A DNA stretch of 64,000 nt from Candidatus Heimdallarchaeum aukensis (GCA_021513695.1 CP084166.1:1088001-1152000), one strand, 5' to 3'. Counted from the stretch's first letter, positions 10,118-19,815 are shown. The notes: generated by a model from the sequence alone, not told the origin. Numbers and translations are program-made.

Positions 10118-12276
10118 TTTTTAGCTCCATTTTGTTTTAATATTAATGCACTTAAACTTATGAAACTTATTAGTATAACAAGAAATTGGAAGTCTGCTGT
10201 TACACCGTAATAATGTTCAAAAGGTTCATTCTTACTATCAAGGTTGAAAGAAACAAATATCTCACCTTCATGATATGAAGGATAGATTAGAACAAAGCAT
10301 TCGTCCTCTGGTAAAAGTACTTCAACAAATCCAGAAGCGATCTCTGTCCAATTCACGTCGTAAATAATAATTTTCATTTCTACATACTCTGAATCGGCTA
10401 ATATAGTTCTCTGCTCGCTGAGATTTAATCTATTATCGATGTACAGAAGAATTGATTGATTATATGTTAAAGTTATGGTCATATTCTGTTCAAATTCCAA
10501 GTTTATCTTTTCTACATTGTAAATATTAACATCGATTGCAATGTTTGTCCAAATTTTTATCTTGTAGAGAGAAAGAGATGAAAGACTCAAGTTGATGAAA
10601 TCTTGGCCTGTTTTTTCATAAACTATTTCTCCTTTCTTAACATCTAAACAAATAATATTTACTGGAGATTCTGCATCAATGAGCCCAATTGTACTATTTT
10701 CTTTAGCTTCTAGATAGAATATGGTACTTTGGTTTTCATAAAGATGGAATGTGAATCGCTCATTTGGTAAAAGATTCAAGTACTCAACATTTTCTCCTAA
10801 AGGAGCTGTATATATGCCTGTTACAATATCATTACCTAGATAATCTTCGGTGTAAATATAATAACTCAGTAGCTCATCTTCATCATCATATTTTAATGAT
10901 AAAATAAAGGTATCACCAGATTGATTGGTAGCTTGAGCAATAACCCAAGTAAGATTGTCATTATAACGGTAAAAAACTTCAACAAAAGGTACTCGGGAAA
11001 CATCTAAAACCTCAACTATGATATTAACATACTTTTGTTCAGTGTTGAAATCTTCAGTGTAAGAAGCCCAAGCTCTTATTTCAGGTGGTAAATCATCAAC
11101 TAAGACTCGAAAAACTTTTTCAATTGTTTGAGTAGATGAAGTATCACTTTCAATTGTTAAATAGGTAACAGTAAGGAATATTTTAAGAGCTTTCTCAACA
11201 GAGTAAGTCTCGATGAAATATTTAATTATTCTTGGTAGATCAGCAGTTGAAGGAAATTCTTCTGTACCAATTCTGACATAGGTTCCATGAGTAATTTCAG
11301 CACCTAAACTTAATCTTTCAATAGTCAATTCATCTGAACCTTTCGCTGCAACAGTACACAAAATAAACTTTTCTTCAGCTAATTGTTCATACAAGTTTTG
11401 TAAATCTCTTGTAGAAACCTTTATTCCATCATCTCCAGCTTCATCAGTAATTAAGACAATAAGATTAGGAACATCCTCTCTCCAATCCATTTGATACATA
11501 GCCACCCATAAAGCATCACCCCAAGGTTCAATAGAGCCAGAAGCTTTCGTTTTTTTCAATTTTTTAACGATTTGTTGAACATCAGAGGTTAAAGGTGTAA
11601 CTAGTTCTTCAAAAAGGTAAGGATTTTCTTTTTCTCCTCCGAAAAGAACTAGACCTATTCGTAAATCATTTATTGTATCTGAAAGTTCATTCACTACTGA
11701 GATTAAGTCAGAAGTTAAAGCTTCAATTTCATCGTCCATCGAACCAGATTGATCTAAAACAATAACTAAATCCAGAGATTCACTTATAGTTTCATTTGTT
11801 GTTACATTTACTTTATATTCTTTTGAAAGGTAGGTTTCATGTCCATTTAAAGTCCCTACAGTTTCAAAGGCACTGTTACTTTCTTCGCCACCATCACTCA
11901 CTAAAACGCCTAAATCATTCAAAGAGAAGTTTAATTTCACATCATAAGCTGCAGTTTCATTAATATTGGTTATATTGAAGTAAAATGAGAACTGATTTTG
12001 AGATTTTATACTTGGCATCTTATCTTCTCTGTGACTTTCTAAATTAGTATTGAAAGATACCTTAAGTTCAGGTTCATCTCTCTCTTGTGTAGTAGTAATT
12101 AAACTTTTGATTTCGTTTTCTGTATCACCAATATTTTCAATATTTCCATCAATCTTTATCCCGCCCAATATAAATCCAGCTATCAAAAGAAGGATTAATA
12201 CTTTTTTTAACTTACCAGTAATCATATATATCAAGATATCGATATACATACAACTATATAAAAGTTTCTCTTTCAC
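10114..12276 (-). CDS. membrane-anchored von Willebrand factor A (vWA) domain protein
   Basis: It has an N-terminal TM helix and a vWA domain with the MIDAS motif VLDQSGSMDD (DxSxS). The downstream T and D residues expected of the fold are present. A long beta-rich C-terminal region follows. Confidence 0.65.
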   Translation of the reverse strand: MKEKLLYSCMYIDILIYMITGKLKKVLILLLIAGFILGGIKIDGNIENIGDTENEIKSLITTTQERDEPELKVSFNTNLESHREDKMPSIKSQNQFSFYFNITNINETAAYDVKLNFSLNDLGVLVSDGGEESNSAFETVGTLNGHETYLSKEYKVNVTTNETISESLDLVIVLDQSGSMDDEIEALTSDLISVVNELSDTINDLRIGLVLFGGEKENPYLFEELVTPLTSDVQQIVKKLKKTKASGSIEPWGDALWVAMYQMDWREDVPNLIVLITDEAGDDGIKVSTRDLQNLYEQLAEEKFILCTVAAKGSDELTIERLSLGAEITHGTYVRIGTEEFPSTADLPRIIKYFIETYSVEKALKIFLTVTYLTIESDTSSTQTIEKVFRVLVDDLPPEIRAWASYTEDFNTEQKYVNIIVEVLDVSRVPFVEVFYRYNDNLTWVIAQATNQSGDTFILSLKYDDEDELLSYYIYTEDYLGNDIVTGIYTAPLGENVEYLNLLPNERFTFHLYENQSTIFYLEAKENSTIGLIDAESPVNIICLDVKKGEIVYEKTGQDFINLSLSSLSLYKIKIWTNIAIDVNIYNVEKINLEFEQNMTITLTYNQSILLYIDNRLNLSEQRTILADSEYVEMKIIIYDVNWTEIASGFVEVLLPEDECFVLIYPSYHEGEIFVSFNLDSKNEPFEHYYGVTADFQFLVILISFISLSALILKQNGAKK

Positions 12277-12305
12277 AGAGTATAAGAGAAATATATCAAA
12301 ATATC

Positions 12306-12320
12306 GAAATATTTATAACA
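12306..12320 (+). promoter_or_regulatory. putative archaeal TATA box/BRE for a leaderless transcript of the wHTH-ParA operon
   Basis: The sequence atatTTATAAca is centred about 26 nt upstream of the ATG at 12341. No SD is present. Confidence 0.3.
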
Positions 12321-12340
12321 TGTATAAATGATTCTTAAAT

Positions 12341-12694
12341 ATGGAAAAACTACTGAACAGAGTAGTTGAGCTTTTAGAAGAGATCAACACAAAATTGAGT
12401 AGAATAGAAAAAAAATTAGAAGGAGAAGGAGAGATTAATATACCTTCTTCAATTGATTTATTAACAAAAATGACTAAAGCGCAAAGATTGACTTATTTTG
12501 CTGTACAAAAAATCGGAGAAGCGACTTGTTCAGAAGTAGCAGAAGAGACAGGAAGAAGTATGAATTTAGAGTCAAGGTATTTAAGGAGATTATATGAAAT
12601 GGGAGTTTTAGGAAGAAAACGTGTTCCTGTTTCAGATAAAGAAGAAGAATGGAAGGGGACAGAAGTGAAGTATTTCATAAAGGAGGAGAAGTAA
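12341..12694 (+). CDS. small coiled-coil + winged-helix DNA-binding protein
   Basis: N-terminal coiled coil (LEEINTKLSRIEKKLEGEGE), then a MarR/TrmB-like wHTH (LTYFAVQKIGEATCSEVAEETGRSMNLESRYLRRLYEMGVL). Confidence 0.5.
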   Translation: MEKLLNRVVELLEEINTKLSRIEKKLEGEGEINIPSSIDLLTKMTKAQRLTYFAVQKIGEATCSEVAEETGRSMNLESRYLRRLYEMGVLGRKRVPVSDKEEEWKGTEVKYFIKEEK

Positions 12695-13462
12695 ATGAAA
12701 ACAATAAGTGTTCATAGTTATAGAGGAGGAACAGGAAAAACAACTTTTTTGTTAAATATTGCAGGAGAGTTAGTAACAAGAGGAAAAAAAGTTTTAGCTA
12801 TAGACTTTGATTTAAGAGCACCAGCATTTCAATCTTATTTTAAAATTGATAAACTGAACTATTTGAGTGACTACCTGTTAAATAAAAAGCATTTAGAAGA
12901 AGTTATTGTTCAAGCAGAAGAAAGAGGAAATGGAAGAATAGATTTGATTTTTTCATCTATGGAATTTTTAAAGCAACATTCAAAACAAAGAGATAAGCTT
13001 GTGAGAGATGATACAGTTTATCTTTCAAAGTTGTATCAATTGCAAAAAGAAGTAGAAGAGAATTATGATTATTTATTAATAGATACAACCCCAGGTTTCT
13101 TTTATAGATCAATTGATGCAATGATGATATCAGATATTCTCTTGATTGTTTCTACACCAACCATTTCTAATGTTCAAGGATTAGAAGAGTTATGGAGAAA
13201 TGTCTATTCTATGCTTAAAGAAGATGTAAATATGTACTTATTAATTAATATGATAGAAAAAGAGGGAGAAAAAGTAGATAAAGAATTAGTAGAAAAAAGT
13301 ATAGAAGAGCTAAAAAAAATGGGGAAGAAATATTTTGCAAATAAGTTGATAGAAATACCAGATTATGGAGCAATGGGAGAAAGAATACATTCGTTTGAAC
13401 AAGAACCAAATAAAGAATTTCTAAATAAGATATCAGAATTAATAGATTTACTAAATGGATAA
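12695..13462 (+). CDS. ParA/MinD/SIMIBI-family P-loop ATPase
   Basis: Deviant Walker A YRGGTGKTT, a LAIDFD block and DTTPG (Walker B-like). Its start codon is adjacent to the stop of the wHTH gene. Confidence 0.65.
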   Translation: MKTISVHSYRGGTGKTTFLLNIAGELVTRGKKVLAIDFDLRAPAFQSYFKIDKLNYLSDYLLNKKHLEEVIVQAEERGNGRIDLIFSSMEFLKQHSKQRDKLVRDDTVYLSKLYQLQKEVEENYDYLLIDTTPGFFYRSIDAMMISDILLIVSTPTISNVQGLEELWRNVYSMLKEDVNMYLLINMIEKEGEKVDKELVEKSIEELKKMGKKYFANKLIEIPDYGAMGERIHSFEQEPNKEFLNKISELIDLLNG

Positions 13463-13475
13463 TAGAGGGAAATAG

Positions 13476-14840
13476 GTGAAAGGTGAGAAGGAAAAAGTAA
13501 AGGATTTAAAAAAGGTCCAAAGTTATTTGAAAGATTCTAAAAAAAATCTTTTACTTTTAAAAAGAGGAAAGAAGCCAAGAAGAAAGCTTAAGTTTCTCAT
13601 TAAAGATCACCTTTTTTTCACAATTTTATTCTTAGTCCTAATAGTAGGAGCAACAACTATTCCCCTCTTAATTAAAGAGAAGACAGATGATAAAATAGAG
13701 CAACCAGAAGAGAAAAAAGTAAAGGAAACGCTTACTCTTCTATCGACAAATTTCACAGATAGTGAAGGTATTCCTATAAACGAGTTAGGTAATTACACTG
13801 AATCATCTAAATTAATTATCCTCTCCACTCTTTCATTTTCAATGCTATATCTGGCAGGCTTTAACATAACAATTGAGCAGTTATCACTTCAGAAAGACAA
13901 TATTCTTTCAATTCTTAATGATGGTTCCTTTGTTCAGTTTAACAACAATAGTCAAAAACTTTCTATTTTCTATCAATTTTTGGGCTTATATGCTCTAATC
14001 CAGCTTCTATATGCAACAAAAAACACTGAGATCGGCTTTAGTATTGATATCTTATTCAACAGTTTGAACAAACAATTGAGGGAATATTACAATAAAGAAA
14101 ATAGGCTATTTATTGATAAAAACGCTACAGAAGCTTTTTTGGTTGACCAATCTTTAGCTTTGTGGGTTATTGCTATCACAATACTCTACTTTAATGTAGA
14201 ATCAATATTTGAATTTTATTTACCTGATATAATTCAAGATGTGTTATACAGTTTAAATCAAGATTATAGAAACGCAACAACTAATAAAATTGTGAGCTCA
14301 ATAAGCAATAAGACAAAAGAGCCAATACAATTAGAAGTGACTTCCTTTGATTTATTAATCTTAGTAGCAGCATTATCCAGAGTAAACTTGCTATATGATT
14401 ACTTCTTTGATAATGATTTAAGTAGTATAAATTTGTTTGAAAATATTATTAACCAGTATACAGATGAGAAACTGATAGTTTACGAAAAAAGATTTCTTAA
14501 TGGACATCTACTAATAAGAAATCAGTGTTTTTTTACTCTAACATCATACCTTTTACACTTAACAGTTACAGGAAATCAAAGTTTGAATGTTGTAACAACA
14601 AACTATTGGAAAGATAATAAGGGTTTCATTGAGGAAATTAATGCAAATAAGTTTTCAGCAGAAGCAAACTACTATGGATTGATAACTTTAGCTAGCCCAG
14701 AATGGAGTAAAGGAGAATATTTCTATATTCAAGACAATTATAAGGGAAATGCCGTAACCTCTAGAGCAGATGTGTTAACGATATTCGTATCATTAGTGAT
14801 AGTATTCATCATAAATAAGAGAAGAAAAAGAATAAAATAA
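13476..14840 (+). CDS. membrane protein (N-terminal TM, large extracytoplasmic domain, C-terminal TM + KRRKRIK tail)
   Basis: Hydropathy pattern only. It lies 13 nt downstream of the ParA-like gene. Confidence 0.45.
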   Translation: MKGEKEKVKDLKKVQSYLKDSKKNLLLLKRGKKPRRKLKFLIKDHLFFTILFLVLIVGATTIPLLIKEKTDDKIEQPEEKKVKETLTLLSTNFTDSEGIPINELGNYTESSKLIILSTLSFSMLYLAGFNITIEQLSLQKDNILSILNDGSFVQFNNNSQKLSIFYQFLGLYALIQLLYATKNTEIGFSIDILFNSLNKQLREYYNKENRLFIDKNATEAFLVDQSLALWVIAITILYFNVESIFEFYLPDIIQDVLYSLNQDYRNATTNKIVSSISNKTKEPIQLEVTSFDLLILVAALSRVNLLYDYFFDNDLSSINLFENIINQYTDEKLIVYEKRFLNGHLLIRNQCFFTLTSYLLHLTVTGNQSLNVVTTNYWKDNKGFIEEINANKFSAEANYYGLITLASPEWSKGEYFYIQDNYKGNAVTSRADVLTIFVSLVIVFIINKRRKRIK

Positions 14841-14844
14841 CAAT

Positions 14845-15495
14845 TTAATTACCAATTAGCCCTTGAGTAATAGAAAAACTAGTTTCATCTTTAATTTGAT
14901 TGTAAAATTGTTTTAGTATTTTTAATCGTCGTCTCGCAAGCCTTTTGGTGAAACAGAAATGCATTCTTGAAGGAAGAAGAAAAAGTTTATCATCAAAATG
15001 AAGTAACATCTCATCTATATCTCTATTGTGCTCTAAACTGAAAGAAATTACACGAAAAAGGCCGATAGAACCTAAAGCATCCAACATATCTGCATCTTGT
15101 AAGATTTTGCCTTCAATACTCGTAGGCTCTCTACTTTTACTGAAACGGTGTTCAAGAATATTAACACGAACTTCCTCTGCTAAATCAGGAAAACCTCGCT
15201 CAGAAAGAAAGTCAAAAGCTATTTTTGAACCCATTTCAGCATGACACTCTCCTGTTTTAGACTCTTCTGGGCGAGCAACATCATGAAAAAGGGCACTTAA
15301 TAAACAAACATCAAGAAAAACATGGAGCTTGACTCCAATAGAATAACACAAGTCAATAACACGAATAGTATGCTCTAAAGAGTGAGTAGAAGAATCATTG
15401 TCTAATTTAGAAGAAACAAAAGAATATCCTTCTTTAAAGATTTTAAGAAATAAAGAATAGTCTTTAATATACTTGGCTTTGTAATGAGAAATCAT
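14845..15495 (-). CDS. HD-domain metal-dependent phosphohydrolase
   Basis: H...HD motif (HSLEHTIRV ... ALFHDVARPE) with downstream H and D residues. It lies 33 nt downstream of the 545-aa unknown gene on the same strand. Confidence 0.65.
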   Translation of the reverse strand: MISHYKAKYIKDYSLFLKIFKEGYSFVSSKLDNDSSTHSLEHTIRVIDLCYSIGVKLHVFLDVCLLSALFHDVARPEESKTGECHAEMGSKIAFDFLSERGFPDLAEEVRVNILEHRFSKSREPTSIEGKILQDADMLDALGSIGLFRVISFSLEHNRDIDEMLLHFDDKLFLLPSRMHFCFTKRLARRRLKILKQFYNQIKDETSFSITQGLIGN

Positions 15496-15527
15496 TAAAC
15501 AATTAAAAAACCTCAGCTATTAATAAT

Positions 15528-17165
15528 TTATGAATAGGCATTTTCATATTCTTCATTATTTGCAGTTAAGCATGAAATTCGGCTATAAATTTCTTCAAAA
15601 TATGATCGTGAATAAATAGTTTCAGAAATGTTATAGTGGTCTTGAATCACACTTAAAGCTTTGTAATAAATTTCCTGAATCAGAAAAAATATATTAACAT
15701 CAAACATGTTTTTTCCAAATGATTTTGGAATCTTATGTAAACCATGAAGTGGATTAATGCAAAACTCTGTATTGAGCTCTGTTAATCCAGACCAATCACT
15801 GTGACTAATACCAGCTGTTGGACCGTAAAACAAATCATAGTATTTTTTGTCTCCAATGTCTTCAGCCATTTTTCTAATACTAGTTTTATCAGCCCAACTA
15901 CCTGTGAGCTTTATTTTTATTAGATCTGATAAACCTTTTTCTGTTAAAATTCTATCAATTTGCTTAATTTTTTTTTCATATCCTTTTGGTTTATATTCCT
16001 CTAATTTCATTTTTTCATTCTTTTTTTCACCATAACCATATTCTTTAAACTTTGCATATAATTCTTCATCATCTTTTAGTAATAACCACTTTAAAACAAA
16101 ATATGTTTCTAAATGGTTTCTTAGTAGAATATAGCCAATAGATGGTTCTTGGAAAACTAAATAATTGGAAAAAAATTGAAAATTTGACGCTAGTCTAGAA
16201 ATAAGTCCAGCAACGATATCCTCTTTGGATGGATTATATATGTTAATTTTGATTTTTTTCCACATTTGATTGATTTCAAGATCAATACTATCAATCAAAT
16301 AAAGTCGCATTTCGGTAAGTTCATACCAAACTTGATTATATTCTTGAATATTTATCTTTCTCATGGAAGGAATACAAGGAGATAATAGTCCATTTTTCAT
16401 CCAGAATTTTTTTGACCAATTTTGATCAATAAAATTATCTAAAAATATAGCTGATATGCTTCGCGCCGATGATTCAACCAATTTTTTGTCTCCCTGCGGA
16501 TATACCGATAGTGCTTTAATAATCCTCGAACAAGTTTCTTGTTCTAACCCGATTATTTTTCTCTCTTCCATCATTCTCATTAGAACAAGTACTCGCATTA
16601 ATGATGCAAGATCACCATGACTCTCATATAACTCGATAATAAGATTAGAAATAACATCTAAAATCTCATCTTTTTGACTCTCGGAAAATGGTTTTACGTT
16701 AAATAAATAATTAAGAGAATCTTCTTGATAAATATTCATTATATCCTCAAAACGCGTTCTAATAAAAATAGACGCAAAAATGTGTTGAATTTCATTTAAG
16801 AAATCTTTTTGATGCTCTAAAGGAATATTAGAAAATTCGCTTACCAAGCCAAATGAGACAGCATCAGATTGAAGATATTTTTGAATTAATTGAGTAGTCT
16901 TTCTGTAAAGATAAAGAGCTTTATGATGATCATAAGTAGTGAATAAACTAGCTACCCAAAGAAACTCAGGAAGTTGTTTTTTTGACCAATCAACTTCTAT
17001 TATCTTATCCTCTCCTAACAGATATAAGAGGGGGGAAATCAAATGTTTCTTATATCGTTTGTGTTTTAAATACTTATCTTTTTTGTGTTTCATAAAAGAT
17101 ATTATTGAAAAATATAATATAAAATATTCGAAATTTAATTTTTTAATATTAATAAAATAAAGCAT
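15528..17165 (-). CDS. uncharacterised 545-aa protein (no recognisable motif)
   Basis: The ORF is long, with complex composition and no low-complexity bias. The true start may be the internal Met (MKHKKDKY) roughly 25 codons in. Confidence 0.5.
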   Translation of the reverse strand: MLYFINIKKLNFEYFILYFSIISFMKHKKDKYLKHKRYKKHLISPLLYLLGEDKIIEVDWSKKQLPEFLWVASLFTTYDHHKALYLYRKTTQLIQKYLQSDAVSFGLVSEFSNIPLEHQKDFLNEIQHIFASIFIRTRFEDIMNIYQEDSLNYLFNVKPFSESQKDEILDVISNLIIELYESHGDLASLMRVLVLMRMMEERKIIGLEQETCSRIIKALSVYPQGDKKLVESSARSISAIFLDNFIDQNWSKKFWMKNGLLSPCIPSMRKINIQEYNQVWYELTEMRLYLIDSIDLEINQMWKKIKINIYNPSKEDIVAGLISRLASNFQFFSNYLVFQEPSIGYILLRNHLETYFVLKWLLLKDDEELYAKFKEYGYGEKKNEKMKLEEYKPKGYEKKIKQIDRILTEKGLSDLIKIKLTGSWADKTSIRKMAEDIGDKKYYDLFYGPTAGISHSDWSGLTELNTEFCINPLHGLHKIPKSFGKNMFDVNIFFLIQEIYYKALSVIQDHYNISETIYSRSYFEEIYSRISCLTANNEEYENAYS

Positions 17166-17183
17166 AATTTTTATAATAGTTAA

Positions 17184-17576
17184 GTGAATAGTTTAGTTAT
17201 GAACAATAAAAAAATAAACAAGAATCAAGGAGAAAAACAAGAGTCTCAAGCTTTTACCATGTCAATTTTTTCTAGACGCTGGGGACATGAAGATAACTAT
17301 ATTGTATTTATGTGGGAAGAAGGTTGGAAAATATCATCACATAGTGGTATTGTTGAATGTAATAAAAGATTTGAACCAGGATTATATGACATACTTAAAC
17401 ATGACTCGATTAATTACCCTAAAAATCTTCCTCTATATTTCGAATGGTTTTGGGAAGAAGCTCAAGAACAAGGATTAAACCATGAAGAAATTCAAGAAGG
17501 ATTGACAGAACTTACTAACTGGATAAACAGATGTGAAATTTCAACTCCTTCAAAAGGAATATTTGAAAGATTTTAA
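17184..17576 (+). CDS. hypothetical 130-aa protein
   Basis: ORF only (W-rich, acidic). It is divergent from the 545-aa gene. Confidence 0.35.
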   Translation: MNSLVMNNKKINKNQGEKQESQAFTMSIFSRRWGHEDNYIVFMWEEGWKISSHSGIVECNKRFEPGLYDILKHDSINYPKNLPLYFEWFWEEAQEQGLNHEEIQEGLTELTNWINRCEISTPSKGIFERF

Positions 17577-17670
17577 AATTTGCATGTAAAATCAAAGGCT
17601 ATATTAGACAACATAAAATGATGTCTCCATATGATTGCTAAGATTGACACAATATATAAAAAGAATTTTT

Positions 17671-19815
17671 CTAATTTAAATTACCTAAGAATTCTAAAAA
17701 AGCTAAAAATTCAGTATTTTTATTTTTAATTAATTTTATAACTAAATTGAAACATTCTTCAAATGTCATATCTTTCCAGTCGTCTTTTTTGAATTTTGTT
17801 ACTGTCTTTTTAATCATACCTTCTAAATCATTCTCCCAAGAGAAAATATTGTAATTCTTTGCAAAACTAATAATCTCCTTTTTCCTTTCTTGTATATTAG
17901 TTGTTTTTGAAGAAAAAATTTCATCTAAATTTATATTACACCGTTGTTTCAAAATTTTACTAATATAACTATTAGTCAAAGAATTTTTAGGTTTAAGAAA
18001 TGCATCAAAATCACATATTAAAACATACTTAATATCAAAGAAATCTGCTATCGATAAAGCCTTGGAAATATCACCGGTACCATCAATTGAAATAACATCC
18101 CAATTTAAGAAATTCGTGCTTGAAAGATTAAGTTCTTTTTGAATATGATGATTCTCCAGAACAGAGAATAAAGTTGTAACAATTTTATTGTCATATGTTC
18201 CTTCAACAAAAATAACATTGGAAGCAAAAAATATGCTTTTTATGTTAGGATCCAAGAGAAAACGATTATAACGCTCTTCATCTTTAAGTCCTTCAAGAAA
18301 AGATCTTAAATATTTAATCTGACTTCCAGTTTTTGTTTTTAAACATCGAAGAATTGAATATAGAAGTTCATTAGATATCAAATCAGGACTATGAGTGACA
18401 ACTAAATAAGAATGCTCATTATCTTGTTTAATATAATTACCAAGTTTCTTTCTAAAAGAAGGATGAAGAGTTTTACCAGGTTCATCTAATATTATAGTAT
18501 CAGCTTCAAATCCATAAATGGAACATAAAACCATTAAAATCTCATAAGCTCCTCCAGGCGAGCAATTTAATCTAAAAGCTTTATTATTTTGCAAGTCGTG
18601 AAATTGAATATCAGGACGTTTACCTGTTAATACTGCACCTTCATCTAATTTAATAGAATAGGAGTTTTGTTGAGAATAAGAAGAATCAGGTTCAATTAAG
18701 AGAACAGGAGCTTTTTTTTCATGAACCTTTTCGTCAACAAGGACAATGTTAAAATTATATTTTTCTTCAGTCATAGTTTTGAAATGTTCTCTGATACGTT
18801 CAAAAATTTCTTGCTCTTTGGGATTTGAACTCATTTTCTTTTGAAATAGTGCATATTTGATTCTTTCAAGAGTTAGTACATTTGTAATGTTTTCTCTCCA
18901 AGGATAACTAAAACCATTTTCTAATAATCCTCTATCTTCTCTTAAAATAACAACTTTTTGTCTAATGATTTTTGAAATAAAATTGCCAAAATATTTGTAG
19001 TAATTATAAATTTCAATTTTATAACCCATTTTTCGAAGCAAAATTCTAAAATCTGCAGATAAATTATGAAGTTCAGGTAAAAAATCAATATTACTGAAAT
19101 CTAATTCAGATAAATATAAAATTAAGGCTTTTTCAAATATATATTGAAAAAAAATATTTTTTAGAAAATCTTCATTATTTTTAACAAGTTCTTTAATATC
19201 TTCTCCAGGATATAAATCATTAAAGGATTTGACGAAAGAAGTAATATTTCGAAAATCTAGATATTGATTTTTACTTAATGTTAAAATTTCATCTAATTTT
19301 TTCTCTTTGTCAACTAAAATAATTATATTTGTTGAAGGATTACTTAAGTAAATGTTTAAAGATTCATTAAATGAAAGTATTAAAAAATATTTTAATCTCT
19401 CAGGATTGTTGCTTTCAGAACAAAAGCCTATTGTTAAATCAGAAAAAGAATCCTTGAGAAAATTCTCCCAATTGTTAAAGAAAGAATAGATTAATGCTCT
19501 ACCGAATTCTTGATCTGAACTTAAATGCATTGAACAAAAAGATAAGACAAGAAATTTACGTAAAAAAATACGTTCATCTTCACTTAGTTCAAAGGTTAAA
19601 TAAATTTTAGATTGAGTTTTGGTGTCCCAAAAAGGAAAATAAGACCAATCTAAGTTAGAGGTTGCAGAGTTGGATAATATAAAATCAATTATTCTAACAA
19701 GATTAGATTTTCCAGAACCATTCTCGCCAACAATAATAGACTTTTGATTAAGATTTATTTCTTGTTCTTCAGAATAAGAAAGAAAGTTCTTGATATAAAT
19801 CTTCTTAAGAATCAT
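17671..19815 (-). CDS. OLD-family / PARIS-like nuclease: N-terminal ABC-type (AAA_15/21) ATPase fused to C-terminal Toprim domain
   Basis: Walker A IVGENGSGKSNL near the N terminus, Walker B IILDEPG, an H-loop VVTHSPDLI, then a Toprim region with VFVEGTYD (Glu) and LICDFDA (DxD). Length is 714 aa. Confidence 0.7.
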   Translation of the reverse strand: MILKKIYIKNFLSYSEEQEINLNQKSIIVGENGSGKSNLVRIIDFILSNSATSNLDWSYFPFWDTKTQSKIYLTFELSEDERIFLRKFLVLSFCSMHLSSDQEFGRALIYSFFNNWENFLKDSFSDLTIGFCSESNNPERLKYFLILSFNESLNIYLSNPSTNIIILVDKEKKLDEILTLSKNQYLDFRNITSFVKSFNDLYPGEDIKELVKNNEDFLKNIFFQYIFEKALILYLSELDFSNIDFLPELHNLSADFRILLRKMGYKIEIYNYYKYFGNFISKIIRQKVVILREDRGLLENGFSYPWRENITNVLTLERIKYALFQKKMSSNPKEQEIFERIREHFKTMTEEKYNFNIVLVDEKVHEKKAPVLLIEPDSSYSQQNSYSIKLDEGAVLTGKRPDIQFHDLQNNKAFRLNCSPGGAYEILMVLCSIYGFEADTIILDEPGKTLHPSFRKKLGNYIKQDNEHSYLVVTHSPDLISNELLYSILRCLKTKTGSQIKYLRSFLEGLKDEERYNRFLLDPNIKSIFFASNVIFVEGTYDNKIVTTLFSVLENHHIQKELNLSSTNFLNWDVISIDGTGDISKALSIADFFDIKYVLICDFDAFLKPKNSLTNSYISKILKQRCNINLDEIFSSKTTNIQERKKEIISFAKNYNIFSWENDLEGMIKKTVTKFKKDDWKDMTFEECFNLVIKLIKNKNTEFLAFLEFLGNLN

